Shown in pieces: positions 40,631 through 55,085 of a stretch of DNA of 64,000 nt. Position 1 is the first letter of the stretch; each line of letters starts with the position of its first letter. Position numbers and translations under genes: made by a program. Source of the stretch: Felis catus (taxonomy: Eukaryota). The notes below the pieces were generated by a model. It made no database searches. It was not told the origin of the DNA and saw nothing but the letters and a program-made list of their open reading frames with translations. Location: positions 128,280,001 through 128,344,000 of the forward strand of contig NC_058368.1 of assembly GCF_018350175.1 (NCBI RefSeq). Reading direction: 5' to 3'.

Positions 40631-41216
40631 CAAGCCCACATTGTGGCTATTTTGTCTGATGAATCGTATATAGCTGTGGAGTGGAAAATTCATTCTCCCT
40701 ACATGGAGATGGCATGAGGAGGGAGAGAAGCGAAGGCAAATCAAAGCAGTTTATTTATGGTTGCTAGTCTCATCTTCCTAACTAGACTATCCTGCTGGGC
40801 AGTAAGAAACTCAGGATTTAAATTAACTAAATTTAAATATATCGGATAACTTCTTATCTGATGCAAACAAGATTAATATTTGATTTAAAAGTTAAAATGA
40901 GAAACTATAAAATATATAACAAATACTATAATCATTTTCATTTAAATCATAAATACATACATTTAATAAAGTGAGTCCATTTAACTTGTCAAGATGATAC
41001 ATGATTTTTCACAACATAGTTGTTCCACTTTTTAATTATACAACTATTTTTAACTCTTGATTCAATCTGGTACTTAATAAATGGTAACATTTAGGGCTTT
41101 ATTGACCTATACTAGTTCTGGATTTGATTCTCTGCTTCTCCTCTTTTTCAAATTGAGATCAATTAATTTAAGATCGATTAATTTAATTAAGATTTTATAT
41201 GATTTATACATTATTC

Positions 41217-41350
41217 ATGCTATGGCCTTAGTGTTTATGTCCCCCAGTAAAATTCATATGCTGAAACCTTAATCTCAATGCAACTGTATTATGAGGCAGG
41301 ACCTTTGGGAGGGTTCTAACCTCAGAAATGGCATTAGGGCCCATATAAGA
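41217..41350 (+). mobile_element. MLT1A/MST-type LTR 5' fragment
   Basis: tgctatggccttagtgtttatgtccccc...aaattcatatgctgaaacctta. Confidence 0.7.
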
Positions 41351-41358
41351 AAAAGTTA

Positions 41359-41585
41359 GAGGTGGACCTGGGTGGCTCAGTCAGTTAAACATCTGACTTC
41401 AGCTCAGGTCATGATCTCACAGTTAGTAAGTTTGAGCCCCAGGTCTGGCTCTGTGCAGACAGCTCAGAGCCTGAAGCCTGCTTCAGATTCTGTCTCCCTC
41501 TCTCTCTGCTCCTCCCTGCTCATTCTCATTCTCATTCTCTCTCTCTCAAAAATAAATAAAACATTTTTAAAAATTTTTAAAAAAG
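41359..41585 (+). mobile_element. CAN-SINE
   Basis: Full body with A tail. Confidence 0.93.
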
Positions 41586-41647
41586 AAATTTAGAAACTCC
41601 TTCCTTCTCTTGACAAAGTCAAACTTTCCATGCTGCCCACACTATTT

Positions 41648-42155
41648 TAAAAAATACAACCACCCTATGATCCAGAAATTGCACTACTATTTACCCACAG
41701 AATACAAAATTCAAAGGGATACATGAACCCCAATGTTTATTGCAGCATTATCTATAAGTGCCAAATTATGGAAACAGCACACACAATGGAATATTACTCA
41801 GCCGTAAAAAAGAATGATATCTTGCCACTTGCAATGATGTGGTTGGAGCTAAAGAATCTAATTCTAAGCAAAATACGTCATTCAGAGAAAGACAAGTACC
41901 ATATGATTTCACTCCTATGTGGAATTTAAGAAACAAAACAAAGGAGCAAAGGGAAAAAAGAGTGAGGCAAACCAAGGAACAGACTCTTCACTATAGAGAA
42001 CAAACGGATGGTCATTAGAAGGGAGGTGGGGGGAGGTTGGGGGAAATAGGTGATGGGGATTAAGGAGTGCACTTGTGATGGAAGTGTTGAATCACTGTAT
42101 TGTACACCTGAAACTAATATTACAGTGTATGCTAACTAAAATTTAAATAAAAACT
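41648..42155 (+). mobile_element. Carnivore L1 3' end
   Basis: ccctatgatccagaaattgcactac...tgtacacctgaaactaatattacagtgtatgctaact. Confidence 0.9.
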
Positions 42156-42559
42156 TTAACAAAATTCTATCATAGTTAAAAGCTGAACACTGAATCTTTG
42201 CATTCTTATTATAAAAGTCTTAATCTCACTCCTAGTCCCATAGTTTCTCACACTCCTACCCTCACTGTAGAAAGATGCCTTCGCCTGACCAGGAATAAAG
42301 TCATATACACAGAAATTCAGGACAGGAGAGTACATAACACATTTCAAAAAAAAATTACCCTCTGTTAAATACTTCACTTCTACTAAGTGAAGAGAATGAA
42401 TAAATAAGTGAACAAGGGCAAGATAAACTTGCATAAGAAATAACAGGACAGAAAAGAAGCAAGCTCACAGAACACTCAGGAATGTTTGCTTGATACATAA
42501 ACAAAGTCACTGAGACCATGAACCGCTCCCCGTTATTTGTCATTACGAAATAAAAATAC

Positions 42560-43250
42560 ATCAAAAAGAATTGAAATCAGGATCTCAAAGAGATATCTGT
42601 ACCCCCACATTCACCACAGAATTATTCACAATAGCCAAGATATGGAAACAACCTAAACGTCCATTGACAGATGAATGAATGCATGAAGAAGATGTGGTGT
42701 ATATATACAATGGAATATTATTCAGCCTTAAGAAATGAAGGAAATCCTGTCATTTGTAACAACAGAGATAAACCTGGAGAACTCGATGCTAAATGAAATA
42801 AGGCAGACCACAGAAGGACAAATACGATGTGATACCATTATATGAGAAATCTAAAGTAGCCAAACTCCTAGAACCAGGGAGTAGAAGGATGGTTACCAGG
42901 GACTGCGAAGAGGGGAAATAGGAAGGTATTAGTCAAAGTGTACAAAGTTCGATCATGCAAGAAGAATAAGCCCTAGAGACCTACTGAACAGCACAGTGCC
43001 TGTAACAATACTGTGGTATGTACTTAAATACTTGCTAAGAGGGTAGATCTTACGTTACGTGTTCTTATCATACACTACACACACACAAAATAAAGAAGGT
43101 AGAAGAAAACTTTTGGAGGTGAAAGATGTTTATGGCATAGATGTGGTGCTGATTTTCATGAATATATATTTATCTCCAAACCCATAAAACTGTATACATT
43201 AGAAACGTACATCTTTTTGTAGGTCAATAAAAACTTAATAAAGTGGTTTA
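42560..43250 (+). mobile_element. L1MA/MB-type 3' end
   Basis: gaattgaaatcaggatctcaaagagatatctgtacccccacattc...ctaagagggtagatctta. Confidence 0.9.
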
Positions 43251-43575
43251 GAAAGGAGATAGAAATAAAATGCCACATTTTATAAAATCTGGGACACCAT
43301 TAATTTTTCCACCACTAAAAAAATTTTTAGATGCTGCCAATTAAACAATGACTCACCACCAACTGAGACATGCATCCGAGTTTCAGAGATGCTAAAATGT
43401 GGAGAAAAAAATGTCTTAGGTGGAATAAAATATGGCAGCAGAGATGAATGAATCCTAAAAACAAAAATTAACTGATCACTTTCAGTTACGTTAGAGATAC
43501 AAAAAAAGATTGCTACCAAAATAAAAAAAAAATGAAATAAGAACTAGAATAATCAAAAATATTTTCGCCATTTCT

Positions 43576-43795
43576 TTTTTAATTTTTTTTTCAATGTTTA
43601 TTTTTATTTTTGGGACAGAGAGAGACAGAGCATGCATGGGGGAGGGGCAGAGAGAGAGGGAGACACAGAATCGGAAACAGGCTCCAGGCTCTGAGCCATC
43701 AGCCCAGAGCCTGACGCGGGGCTCGAACTCCCGGACCGCGAGATCGTGACCTGGCTGAAGTCGGACACTTACCCACTGCGCCACCCAGGCGCCCC
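43576..43795 (-). mobile_element. Young felid CAN-SINE
   Basis: CpG-rich; TSD attttcgccatttct / attttcaccatttct. Confidence 0.97.
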
Positions 43796-44070
43796 AATTT
43801 TCACCATTTCTATGACACACAGAATACTACAGAAAAATGTAACAAGGATGCAGGGTTTTGAAACAGGTATTTAAGGTCTTCCAAAATGCAATTAAAAAAT
43901 GAAAAGGAATATAACAAAGTAGAATCATGGAAATGTCACTTCTTCCTGGAAAAGCTGCTGAGCGGTCAAAATCGTCATAGGAAAGCACGGGACTCTGTCT
44001 TCCCGTGGAATGGCTGGTTCAGGAGGTTTGCAAGGTCTGCGAAAGCACCCAGGGCTACTCTGAAAGATGT

Positions 44071-44086
44071 TTTTTCTCTTTCTTTT

Positions 44087-44162
<76 letters not shown>

Positions 44163-44229
44163 TTCTTTTCTTTTCTTTTCTTTCTCTCTCTCTCTCTCTT
44201 TCTTCTTTCTTCCTTCCTTTCTTTTCTTT

Positions 44230-44268
<39 letters not shown>

Positions 44269-44324
44269 CTCTCTCTTTCTTCTTTCTTCCTTCCTTCCTT
44301 TCTTTCTTTCTTTCTTTCTTTTTT
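44071..44324 (+). repeat. (TTTC)n/(TC)n/(TTCC)n compound microsatellite
   Basis: Seen directly. Confidence 0.97.
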
Positions 44325-44522
44325 AAGTGTATTTATTTTGAGAGAGAGAGAGAGAAAGAGTACGAATGGGGGAGGCGCAGAAAGAGAGGGAGAGAGAGAA
44401 TCCCAAGCAGGCTCTGCACTGCCACACACACCTCGATGTGGGGCTCAAACTCACAAACCATGAGATCACGACCGGAGCCAAAGTCAGACAGACATTCCAT
44501 CAACTGAGCCACCCAGATGTCC
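44071..44522 (-). mobile_element. CAN-SINE with a tail expanded into a ~250-bp (GAAA)n compound microsatellite
   Basis: TSD ctctgaaagatgt at 44058-44070 / 44523-44535 brackets both SINE and repeat. Confidence 0.93.
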
Positions 44523-47173
44523 CTCTGAAAGATGTCCTCTGAGACAACTGCACAAGCTGTAAGGCGTTTGATGATCTCTAGATACATCTTTTTGCCTAAA
44601 GAACAGCAATACAAGTCCTGCTGATTACATCCTTCCTTACCGGCTACAAACTGATAACATGCATAGTGATGGGAAAAGAGTTTCCTTACATTAGTATATA
44701 AATGAAGCTTCCAAATGAGTTTTCAAACTATACTATACTATACTCCATTAAAAAAAAACTGAACTACAGAAAGGCATAGCATCTAAGTATGACCAATGTT
44801 AACTGCTTCTAACTCAGTGCCCTGCTTATATCTACGAGGGCTATAAAAGTTTATAAAATTGGGCTTTTGATTATGAAAATATTCAACCCTGGTAATGGGA
44901 ATATTCACATCTTTTCACACATAAAAAGGCTATCAAGTCAAGAACATTTTAATGAAATGAGGAATAATTTAGAGATGCTTATTTAATACTCTTATTTTAT
45001 ATTGAGTCAATTAAAAAAAAACTACATAACTTTGGTTTTGACTTAATGATAAAATTTGAAACTAGGCATTATGACATGAGTCATTTGATCTAACAGGACA
45101 CTTGAAGCTCCGTGCTCACTCTATTACCCATGTGGCCAAGCTACTGAAAATTGCCAGGAATGTTAATAATGATATGAAAAGGGAGTCTGGTTTATATAAA
45201 TGCAAGTCAATACATATGGGGAAAGGACCATTTATTGTGATGGATGTGTTCACTGAATGTAAAAAGAATATTATTGAAGAGAGAGTGAAAGGAAGAAATC
45301 TATAAATATCCAGACTCCCTGCAGTCGAAGGGAATTAACTACATGGAAATGAAAGAAAAGCTAAAGGAAAACACGGAGTTCGCATGTGGAGAAAATATTA
45401 AAAGCATCCCACTGCGGGCAACAAGATTAAGGCGATGCATTTGTGGAGCCAGTTCTAACATTCATTAAATGTTATGAAACGGAACAGTACAGACCCAGAG
45501 GCATGGAATATATCAGGCTGTTGAGGGTAAAATAGAAACGGGCAAATAAAAGGATCACTCTTTTAAATAAAGCACAAGGAAGGTTCATCAATACCAGTGA
45601 TTTTTTGCAACCTTCGTAAATACACCAGTATAAATGAACACAGGCATGCCTTGTGAAAACTTGGAAAGAGAAACCATGATGAAGCCCCAGCCTAAGCAGG
45701 ATTCCAAAGCAAAGTCCAGAGAGCACGGTGTCTGGATGTACTGGGCCGGAATAAAGTAGAAGAGGAAGTCACCTTGGAGATGTTACTTGAGAGATGCGGT
45801 AAAGCTCCTCACTTAAAATAATTCCCTGCCTGCTCTACCACAGGTCATGAGATCCCCTTATCAACCACTCCTTTAGATAAAGTCATTTAAGACTTTTTAT
45901 TAAAATACTAGTATTATACTGACAACATGGAATGACAAATGACTTCTGACTGCCACTAGCGCCTTATTTTGCACCAGACCCACCTAGGAAATGTCTTTTT
46001 GCCCTGCCTTCGTCCTGGTGGACACGTTTTTCAGGGCTCAGCTTAAATATTAGCTCCTCAGGGACATCTTCCCTATGCCTCCAACTGCCCTGGAAAAATT
46101 GCCTTTCTCTTCTCTGTGTCCCTGCACGCTACAGGGCTCTGTGGCTCCAAGGTCATCACCTACAGTTACGTGGAGGCATGTGCATTTTCCTCACTGCTAC
46201 ATGCCTTCAGAGTTAGACCTTTCTTCCTGCATCATTGCTGAGGGTCTGCATATTAAGGGTCTAAAAACCAAACCAAAACAAAACAAAGAATAACTGCAAC
46301 AGCTCTAATTATTTGGATAGCTAATAGTCTTTCAGAAGAAACGAAGTGCAGCCTGGATTAGTTATGCTGAGGGCAAAGGTCGGCATGATAGTGGAGACTC
46401 TGAAGTGAGAGGGCAGCACCATGCAGACACTGGGCCCTTCTGACAGCTCGTAAATGGCGTCTCATATAAACACCAATGCTCAGTACATACATGAGCATGG
46501 CTGACGTGGGGGGTGGGGGTGAAGAGAAAAGAACCCAAAATGAAGGGGCACAGATGGAGGATAGAGGGAAGCCCCCCAGAAGTGCCCTCTTTCGGAGATC
46601 TGCTTGGATCAAGCCCACATACCTCACCTGACAGCAACAGGATTAGTGTGGTAAAATGCAAGAGTATTGCATCATCAAAGAGAAGAGCACACCTGAAGTT
46701 GTGCATTAGTGTCCGAGCACTTCTCTGAACCTGCCTCCTCATCTGCATCTGTTTGCCCGCTGGGATTTGAAAAGAGTTTGTCAGAAAATACAGGTGAAAT
46801 CACTGCACCAAGGGCTCCAGAAATGAAAAGTACTGGGTTTCTTTTTGTTTGGTTTTTGTTTTTTGTTCTTGTTTGTTTGTTTTTTGGTCTAACCAACAAG
46901 ACAATGTAGGTAATGACAACATAAAAGCCACCTGTTAGCGAAAATAAACATATGCACAGAGACTGAAGGCTGGCTCTGGCAATTCGGTTGGCACAATCAG
47001 TACCGAAAATTTGTGACTATTTTATCAACAACTGTGATGACAGGTGCAAACGTATAACACAAGTATTGACACTGATGAAGAAAAATGTTCTGGTAGCTTT
47101 TGGGGATTAAACCAACCAGCCTAATCATCTAAACAGAGACAAACAGCAGTTCAAGTTAAGTTAGGCACATTCT

Positions 47174-47403
47174 TTTTTTTTTTTTAATGTTTTTATTTTT
47201 TTATTTTTTCTTATTGTTGAAGGAGAGAAATACAGAGTGTGAGCAGGGAGGGGCAGAGAGAGAGGGAGACGCAGAATCCAAAGTTGGCTCCAGGCTCCAA
47301 GCTGTCAGCACAGAGCCCGACGCAGGGCTCGAACTCACAAACCACGAGAACACGTCCTAAGGTGAAGTCAGATGCTCAACTGACTGAACTACCCAGATGC
47401 CCC
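47174..47403 (-). mobile_element. CAN-SINE
   Basis: Full body, TSD gttaggcacattct. Confidence 0.95.
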
Positions 47404-49471
47404 AGGTTAGGCACATTCTAACAAGCCTAAGGATGAAGATAAAATTTCTTTTGGAAAAAGGCGATTCATGATGCATTAGCATTCACTTTAAACTTACCCT
47501 GACAGGCTTTCTTCTATTTTCATATAGAACTGAGTGTGCTGACATGTGTTTTACTCAAAACAAAAGCAGAAGAGCTCAAGAGACAGAAATAGGAAAATAA
47601 GCATAAAGCAATAAGGGGCCAAGTGTGGGAAAAGGTTTTAAAAAAAATCACGAAACACCAGAACCAAAAGAGACCTCACAACTCACCTAATGCAAATTTT
47701 GTCATCTCTGCCCATATTATTTTTTTGGCCAACACTGGCATTAGGCATTTTGTTTTTGTTTCAAATACTTTGGCGTAGGACTTGAATGTTCCATCTTCTA
47801 CTGGCCCTTCCACTACTCACAACCTCTACTATCTTCCTGTCCCCAGAAGACAATGGAGTTTGTGACCTCTGAAATCCAATCCCTTCAGTTTACTGAGGAA
47901 ACCAAAGCCCAGAGAGGCTGTGATTCACTCAAGTTAGTGTGACTCACTAACCAAGATTGGTGCTACAAATTCTAGTGGGAAGGACCTTTCGGTAACAATT
48001 CAGATGGAAAGAAGGGACTAAGAGTCTTGCCTTAAGGTTGACATTTGCACAGCAAATATACCATTTCCTTAGTTCTGTTTCTTTCAGGTGTGGAAGATGA
48101 AAGTCTCCCCAAGCTATGCCCTGGTACCACTGCCACTGCTCACAGTGTTCTCTCCACTCACCTGTATATCTCTGGTAAAGTCACTTAATCTTCTCAGTGA
48201 CCTCTAAGGTGTTTTCTGGGCTACGCTTGTTGGACTCCTTGCAGTAGGTTGGTGTCGTCAACTCCAAAAGCATCGCGTGCAAACACATGTTTTATCTCAG
48301 ATTCTACTTCTGCACTTATTATAAGGTGCTTGGTAAAGAGATGAAAAATGAGTCTGAGGAATAAGAGGTAACCAAGATTTATTCTAAGGAAAGAGAGCCG
48401 GCAGTTACTCCCACGTTGTAGAAAAGACAGCCGACTTGCACAAAATTATCCTACCTCTGTTGTTTTTTCTCAAACTCAATTTTGTAGACAATTTTTTTCA
48501 CTTTAAAATCTAGCAATCTGACATTTAACCCAAATTATCCGCTGCTGCATTGAGATAACTGTTTATTCTCACCATGTAGATAGCCCACTTTTGGAGAGTG
48601 TTTAGCAAGCAATAGAGCCCTGTGAGGTTTTGGAGAAAAATATGGTGATACAGGAGTCAAAACAGTACCCATAGTTACTTATGTTACAATAAAGATTATC
48701 AGTTTTTAAGTTTCTTCTTTCCACAACTAATGGATTACAAATTATGTAAAATATACATAACTTTTAAATAAAATCCCTAGCTTTTCCTTTATGGTACAAT
48801 CATTACCAACACAAGACTGTTCCCACTGGGTCCATCTGTCCTCACTGGATGGTCAGGACTTGTGAAGAGTCTTCCTAAACCAGACACCTCCAACAGCTTT
48901 TAAAAGATCAGTGAATTCCATTCTCTGTGAAGAGAAGAGTGAGGAACTTTCTGAAATCAAAGCCTTTATGGTCTTTAACCAATAATGGTGGTTAATCATA
49001 CTTGGCATTTGGATGAGTAGAAAGTTCAAAGAAATTTACAAATGATGTCAGTGTATGTTTCAAATGTTAATTATTGCTTCAGGTAATTATTAAGAGGTAA
49101 ACAGTGAAAGCAGTATTATCCAATCAGATTTTACCACCCTCAACATGCCATTTAGAAAAGTCTTAAATTTTTTCTAAGTATCAGAAAGCTTTTTTTTTTT
49201 TTTTAATAAGATTGGAATCTTTAAGACAAACTTGCATATGGGCAAAATCCCAGGTTTGATTAAAAAAAAAAAAGGCAGAATCAGTAGATAAAAAGGCTCA
49301 TTTCTGCTGTTATTGTCCTCTATGCCTCGTATTACGGTCTGTTTTAAGATCTCATGTGAAGAAACTTTCAGCCACATGATTCTAATCTTCAAAACATCGT
49401 TCGCATGGTATGACTTTGCTTTTTTTAATAACTGAGTCTAAAACACACCTGATTTTTTAAAAATATACTTA

Positions 49472-49472
49472 C

Positions 49473-49494
<22 letters not shown>
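49472..49494 (+). repeat. (TA)n microsatellite
   Basis: Seen directly. Confidence 0.9.
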
Positions 49495-49503
<9 letters not shown>

Positions 49504-52500
49504 CTGGAATCAAAGGCTCTTAAAATCACAGATTGCATTTTATCCTAACATAACTGTTTTTCACAGGAAATTGTTCTGCTACTTTAGTAAATTATCACTG
49601 AAATGTTTGTTGCAAAGAGTCTTCCAAAGGGCACAAGTTCTTAGTTGCAAACAGTGAGCAAAAGACCTCTTCATTCCCATGTCGGATAACCCTACACTGA
49701 TTAAAAGTACTTCTATTTTAAATATCAATTATAGTTTCCTAGTTCTTATGAAAATAAAATAATCTTCAGTCCTCTGGTGTTTTCTTTGTTTTACTACAAT
49801 GCTCAAGAAGACTACCTTGTTATTACTATGAGAGAGAGGCTGGCAGCTATAAGGAAAATTTGTGGAGGCTGGAAAAGGGGAGAACACCTTCTGTTATACG
49901 CTCTAGAAAAGTATCTGGAATCTGTTCTCGGTTTTGACAGAAGAGGCCCAACAGAGATATTATATAATGAATACACCCAGCCAAACACATATATTATTTT
50001 TTGCTTTGAGACAGGTATGTTTTATGGGAAATAGAATTTATTCTAGGTCCTCAAATGAGGCAAACAATTCACTTAACAATTCTCCAAGATGGAATTTGCA
50101 AAAACTATAGTTTTTTAACTAAATCTTAGATTCACTGAATTATGAAGCTTACAGAGCAACACAAACCTACAGTGAACAAGCAACAACTTTCATTTTTTAA
50201 TGGGCTAGTACCTTATTATCTCATTGTTGTTCCCATTTCATTTCCTCAAATGGAAAGTTGAAACACTGAAGTTATACAGACACTAAAACACACAAAAAAT
50301 CCACGAGAAGTTACTCATTATATTCTTAAATTAGTGAATATACCCTCCAGTTATCCCAGGGAGTATATTTCTTCTACAAAATTAACTAACAAATGCATTT
50401 TCAAGTTGATAAAAAGAAGCAAATTCTCTGTTTATTAATGCTGTACCAGATCCCAACTTACAAATTACTTGCATACCCAGGAGCAAATATTTTCTTTAAG
50501 TCCTAATAATCATAGTTTGTTTTACAGTAATTTGTTCGCCTGGGAGACCCAACATGTAGTGATTCAAGGTAGTATACTTTTTTGCAGGTTATGTTGTCTT
50601 AGGCAAGAAAATGCAAGTGCAAAATGATTCCAAATGCCACAAAATTAGAATTTCCAATGCTTCATTTTGAAGTAAACACTTCAAATTTGGGCCAATGCTA
50701 TAATGATGGAGAGACATACAGTTGAATTGCCTCTTGCTACTGATTGTAGTAAATAATAATTATTTCGTAAATAAATATTTATTTAGTAACAATATTGGTT
50801 TTAGTCAATTACTCCAGGACTTTAATGTCCGTTTTTGTTCTTCAAGGCAAAAGGAAAGATGTTAAAGATTCAGCCACCCCATATAGTAAAGAGGCATTTT
50901 AATTGATTCCTTTCTCAATCATGCGAAAAGATTTTGTGCTCTTCTAAACATAGAAATATTCAGTTACCTATTCTTATACATTAACAGTTCACAAATACTG
51001 GCTCTTTTTAAGTTACATTTCCTATAAAAATGTATAGACATGCTCTTCTGGCTGTGGGAATCCAAACAGAGCTCCTGGAGGACACAAATACTAAGTCATG
51101 ACTGATACATCTGCTGCATTTGCTAGAGCCCAAATATGACTTCCCTGAAGGTAGATGCAGGAACACAATGATGTATGAGAAATGAGAATGAAGAATGGCT
51201 GAATTCCATTACTTGGGATATACTCAATCTTGAAATGTGCCTTAGAACCCCCAAATTTTCTGTATGGAACACTCGTTTGATAAATTCCTGATCGCAGTCT
51301 CTCAGATCAATGATAATCCCTATGACATTTTCTACTCATCCTGCCTATCACAATACCTTAAAAGGCATACCTACAAAGCCGATACATGACTGCACCAGAG
51401 AGCTTCTACAAAACACTCTAGTTTCATCACTGTTGCAATTTTTTTTATAGGGATATGTAGGAAATTCAGTGAAAAATCTGTAGTAGATATTCATAGAAAG
51501 TGACCAGAAAAAGAGTGGAAATGAATTTGGCAAGGTAGGTTAGGCCACTGAAAACACTGCCAATAAAAAAGAAATTTGAGTTCTTAAGTTTTACATAGCA
51601 TAGGCCAAAAAAATAACGTCTGAGCTTATACACAAATATCAAACGGTGCTCATAAAAACCATGAAACAATGCTCAATGGGAGACAATAAGACATCGGAGT
51701 CAGGAGCCTGGACAATGCAGTCACAGCTGGTCGTGACCGCTTACTATGCTGTTCACAAGATGGGTGATCTTAGGGCAGTTACCCAACCTTACTGAGTCTT
51801 GTTTCCTGAGCTGTAAACTGGATATAAATTCGAAAGTAGCAAATATAAGAATTTAATAGTAGACTAAACATACCTGAAGAGAAATGTGCTGGAATGGAAG
51901 AAAGAGTAAAGAAATTATCCAGAATGCAGCACAGAAAGGCAAAAATATGGAAGGTACATGAGAGATTAAGAAACAGAGAATAGTATGAAAAGATCTAAAA
52001 TATGTTTAAAGAATCAAAAGCAGAGGAGAGATTGTGAGAAAGGGAATATTTAAGAGAGTAAAAGACCTTGATCCTCTTATTTAAGAAGCCCCACAAATAA
52101 CCAATCAGAATAATCACCGAAAGAGTACATTATATAAACCAGAAATGTCACTGTAAACTGCAGACCACCAAAGATAAAGAGAAAATCATAAACAGCAGCT
52201 GCCAAAACATGACACACTATCTATAAAGAGTGTCAACAGACTTCTCATCAGTAACATCAGTAACAATGGAACTAAAACGTACTGAGATACAAAAACCTTC
52301 AACCTAGAATTCTATAAGCAGCAGAAATATTTGTAAAGAATGATGGCATTCTTTATACAGAATTGTATGCTTAAAAATGATTAAAATGGCAAGTTTTGAT
52401 ATAAGAAAAACATAAAACGTAAAATACTAAAAACCACTGAATTATACACTTTAAAAGGGTTAATTACATGACATGTGAATTACATCTCAATAAAGTTATT

Positions 52501-53199
52501 TATTTAAAAAAGGAATGAGGACAAAATGAAAAAGACAAAAACCAGCAAATACTAAGTTCTGAAGAATGTACTCTAAGGAGAAATGTGGTAAAACATGGGT
52601 AAGTCTAATAAACAAATACTATATATAAAAACAATATAGTATGAGGTTTAAAAATAATAAAGTTAAAATATATCTGAAGAATAATACCTCATTTGGGAGG
52701 GTGTTGTTAGTGCTTTAAGGTCCCTGAACAGCCTCCGTGGAGGGTAAAAGGTATTTACTGACTTTAAACTTTGATAAATTAGTATGTAAAATGTAATTTC
52801 CAGGGACCCAATAAGAAAATTAGAAACAGAATATTGAGTTTCAAATTAGAAGAAAACATGAAATTAGGTGTAAGATTCAAAAAAAGTCAAGAAAGTAGAG
52901 ACAAAGAGGTGTAAAACATCAATAAATGTTTATACCCAAATATAGAATTTTATTAAATATAATTTGTTACAAAATTTTGACTAGAAACAAAAATTGTCAA
53001 GTTGGCATCTTAAAAAATAATCTATATGATGGTTATAAGGGACACAACTAAAATATAATATGGAAAGACTGAAAACAAGTACATTGCTAAACATAAAGAG
53101 TGACAGTTTATAATACTTCTCAAAAATGAAGGAGGGAAGGAAGAAAGGAGGGATGGAGGGAGGGAGGGAGGGAGAAAAGGAGGGAAAACGTATTGGAAG

Positions 53200-53780
53200 G
53201 TGTATTGTATCTATCACTTCAAAACAAATTAGCCCCAGATTAAGTGACTGGAAAACCCAAATATTTATTATCTCACAGTTTCTGTGGGTCTGGAATCCAG
53301 GCACAATGAAGCTGAGTCCTCTGGCTCAGGACCTCAGGCTTCAGTCAAAACGTCAGCTAAGGCTGCCTTCACCTCAAGGTTTAAGAGAGAGTGTGCTTGC
53401 AGGATCACTCACGTGACTGCTGGCAGGCTTCAGAACAGCCACTTCCAAGATTGCTCACACAGCTGTTGGCAGGCCGCACGTCCTCGCTCACTAGAAGGCA
53501 GAGACAGGAGTTCCTGGCCTGAGGGGCCTCTCCATAGGGCAGCTCACGCAGGTCAGCTGGCTTTCCCCTCAGAGCAGGCCTGGGAAAGAGAGAGGGAGGG
53601 CAAGCAAGACGGAAACTGGGTCTTTATGTACTCTAATCTCAAGAGATATCCTATCACTTTTGTCATATTCTATTCGTTACAAATGTGTCACTACACCCAA
53701 CTTAACATTCAAGGAAAGATTACACAGATACCAACAGGCAGGGGTCACTGGGGACATTTTAAATGTCATAGACTGCAGAA
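53200..53780 (-). mobile_element. MLT1E/F-type solo LTR
   Basis: aatatttattatctcacagtttctgtgggtctggaatccagg...ctctccatagggcagctcac...ggcaggggtcactggggacatttt. Confidence 0.85.
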
Positions 53781-53879
53781 ATGAAAAACAAAAACTGTCA
53801 TTGTTTGCTTATTATGTAGTGAATATGTAGGAAATAAAAAAAAATCACACTAGATGTTTAGAATTAATAGAAAAGACTA

Positions 53880-54068
53880 GGGGCACCTGGGTGGCTCAGT
53901 CAGTTGAGTCCAACTTCAGCTCAAATCGTGATCTCACGTTTCTTGAGTTCAAGCCTCACATCAGGCTCTGTGCTGACAGCTCAGAGCCTGGAACCTGCTT
54001 CAGATTTTGTGTCTCCCTCTCTCTATGCCTTCCTCTCTCTCTCAAAAATAAATACACATTTAAAAAAA
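53880..54068 (+). mobile_element. CAN-SINE
   Basis: Head, CT linker, tail. Confidence 0.93.
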
Positions 54069-54487
54069 CAGGAAAGCCTAGCAGGGAGTTTGGATACAAA
54101 TATCAGTACACAAAAATCAGTTTTATACTATATATAAGCAAGAAGCTGAAAGTGGAAATTTTAAAAATAACCCCCTTCACAATAGGATCAAACAAGAGGT
54201 ATTTTTCAGTTCAATAATAACTAGTGAAGTTAGGGATGGATACTATTTACTTTTGCATATACTTGAAATTTTTGATACTAACATATTTTTTAAAAGTATC
54301 AAATACCTAGGAACACATCTAACAAACGATTTGCAAACCTTTGCAGAGATTTTTTTTTTTCTCATTTGTTCTAAATAAATGGAAAGATAAACTATGTTCA
54401 TCCACTGGAAGACTTAATATTGTGAATATAGCAATTATCTCCAAATTGATTTATAAATTCAATACAATCCAAATCAAAATCTCAGAG

Positions 54488-54489
54488 GT

Positions 54490-54522
<33 letters not shown>
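54488..54522 (+). repeat. (TG)n microsatellite
   Basis: Seen directly. Confidence 0.93.
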
Positions 54523-54528
<6 letters not shown>

Positions 54529-55085
54529 CATGTGTAAAGCTTGCAGGCTGATACTAAAATCTGAATAAAAATGGAAAAAGTAAAAAAAAAACATATACAG
54601 TAGAAGTCTTTGGCTAAACCATATCCATAACACAAAGTAAAACCATAATGAGATACCATTATACACCCACCACATTGACAACAATTCAAACTCTGACAAT
54701 AGCAAGTCTTGGTGAGGACATTAAGCAAAAAGAACTCTTAGACACTGTCAATGGGAAGGTTTACCGGAGCGCAAAGAAAGCAGAAGTAGATTTATTCTTT
54801 GCTCTAAACATCATTCTAAGATCTGAAAACAAATCCTGAAATACTAAAAATCTCCCATTCCTTTACCGATTCGGAGGGAAAGGTGGTATCCAAACCAAGA
54901 GGAATACTTTTATCCAATTGTAAGTAAACAAAATCTGAGAACAGGGCCAGAGGGCAAAGGCAAGGAAATTCAGTCCAAAGCCAACTAGTGACTGTTACTC
55001 TTAAAATTTAGGGTAATTACTTACAGAAGAAGGTTTCCAGATGCTCCATACTCTAAGTGTACCATTATTTGCAAAAGGGCAAAGC

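Larger units (their letters stand above)
51840..54760 (+). mobile_element. Decayed old L1 (L1ME-like; ORF1, ORF2 pieces), interrupted
   Basis: ORF1-like ccagaatgcagcacagaaagg...caacctagaattctataagcagc; ORF2-like aaataaatggaaagataaactatgttcatccactggaagacttaatattg. Confidence 0.75.

Noticed and set aside
43886..44614. Several 90-150 aa ORFs rich in F/L/S or K/E/R
   Set aside because: Translations of the (TTTC)n microsatellite and the adjoining SINE.
45180..45320. 11-bp inverted repeat agggagtctgg / ccagactccct
   Set aside because: Roughly a couple of such matches within 150 bp are expected by chance in 64 kb; no TSD or MITE structure.
53284..53784. 166-aa ORF
   Set aside because: Lies within an MLT1 LTR; no coding features.
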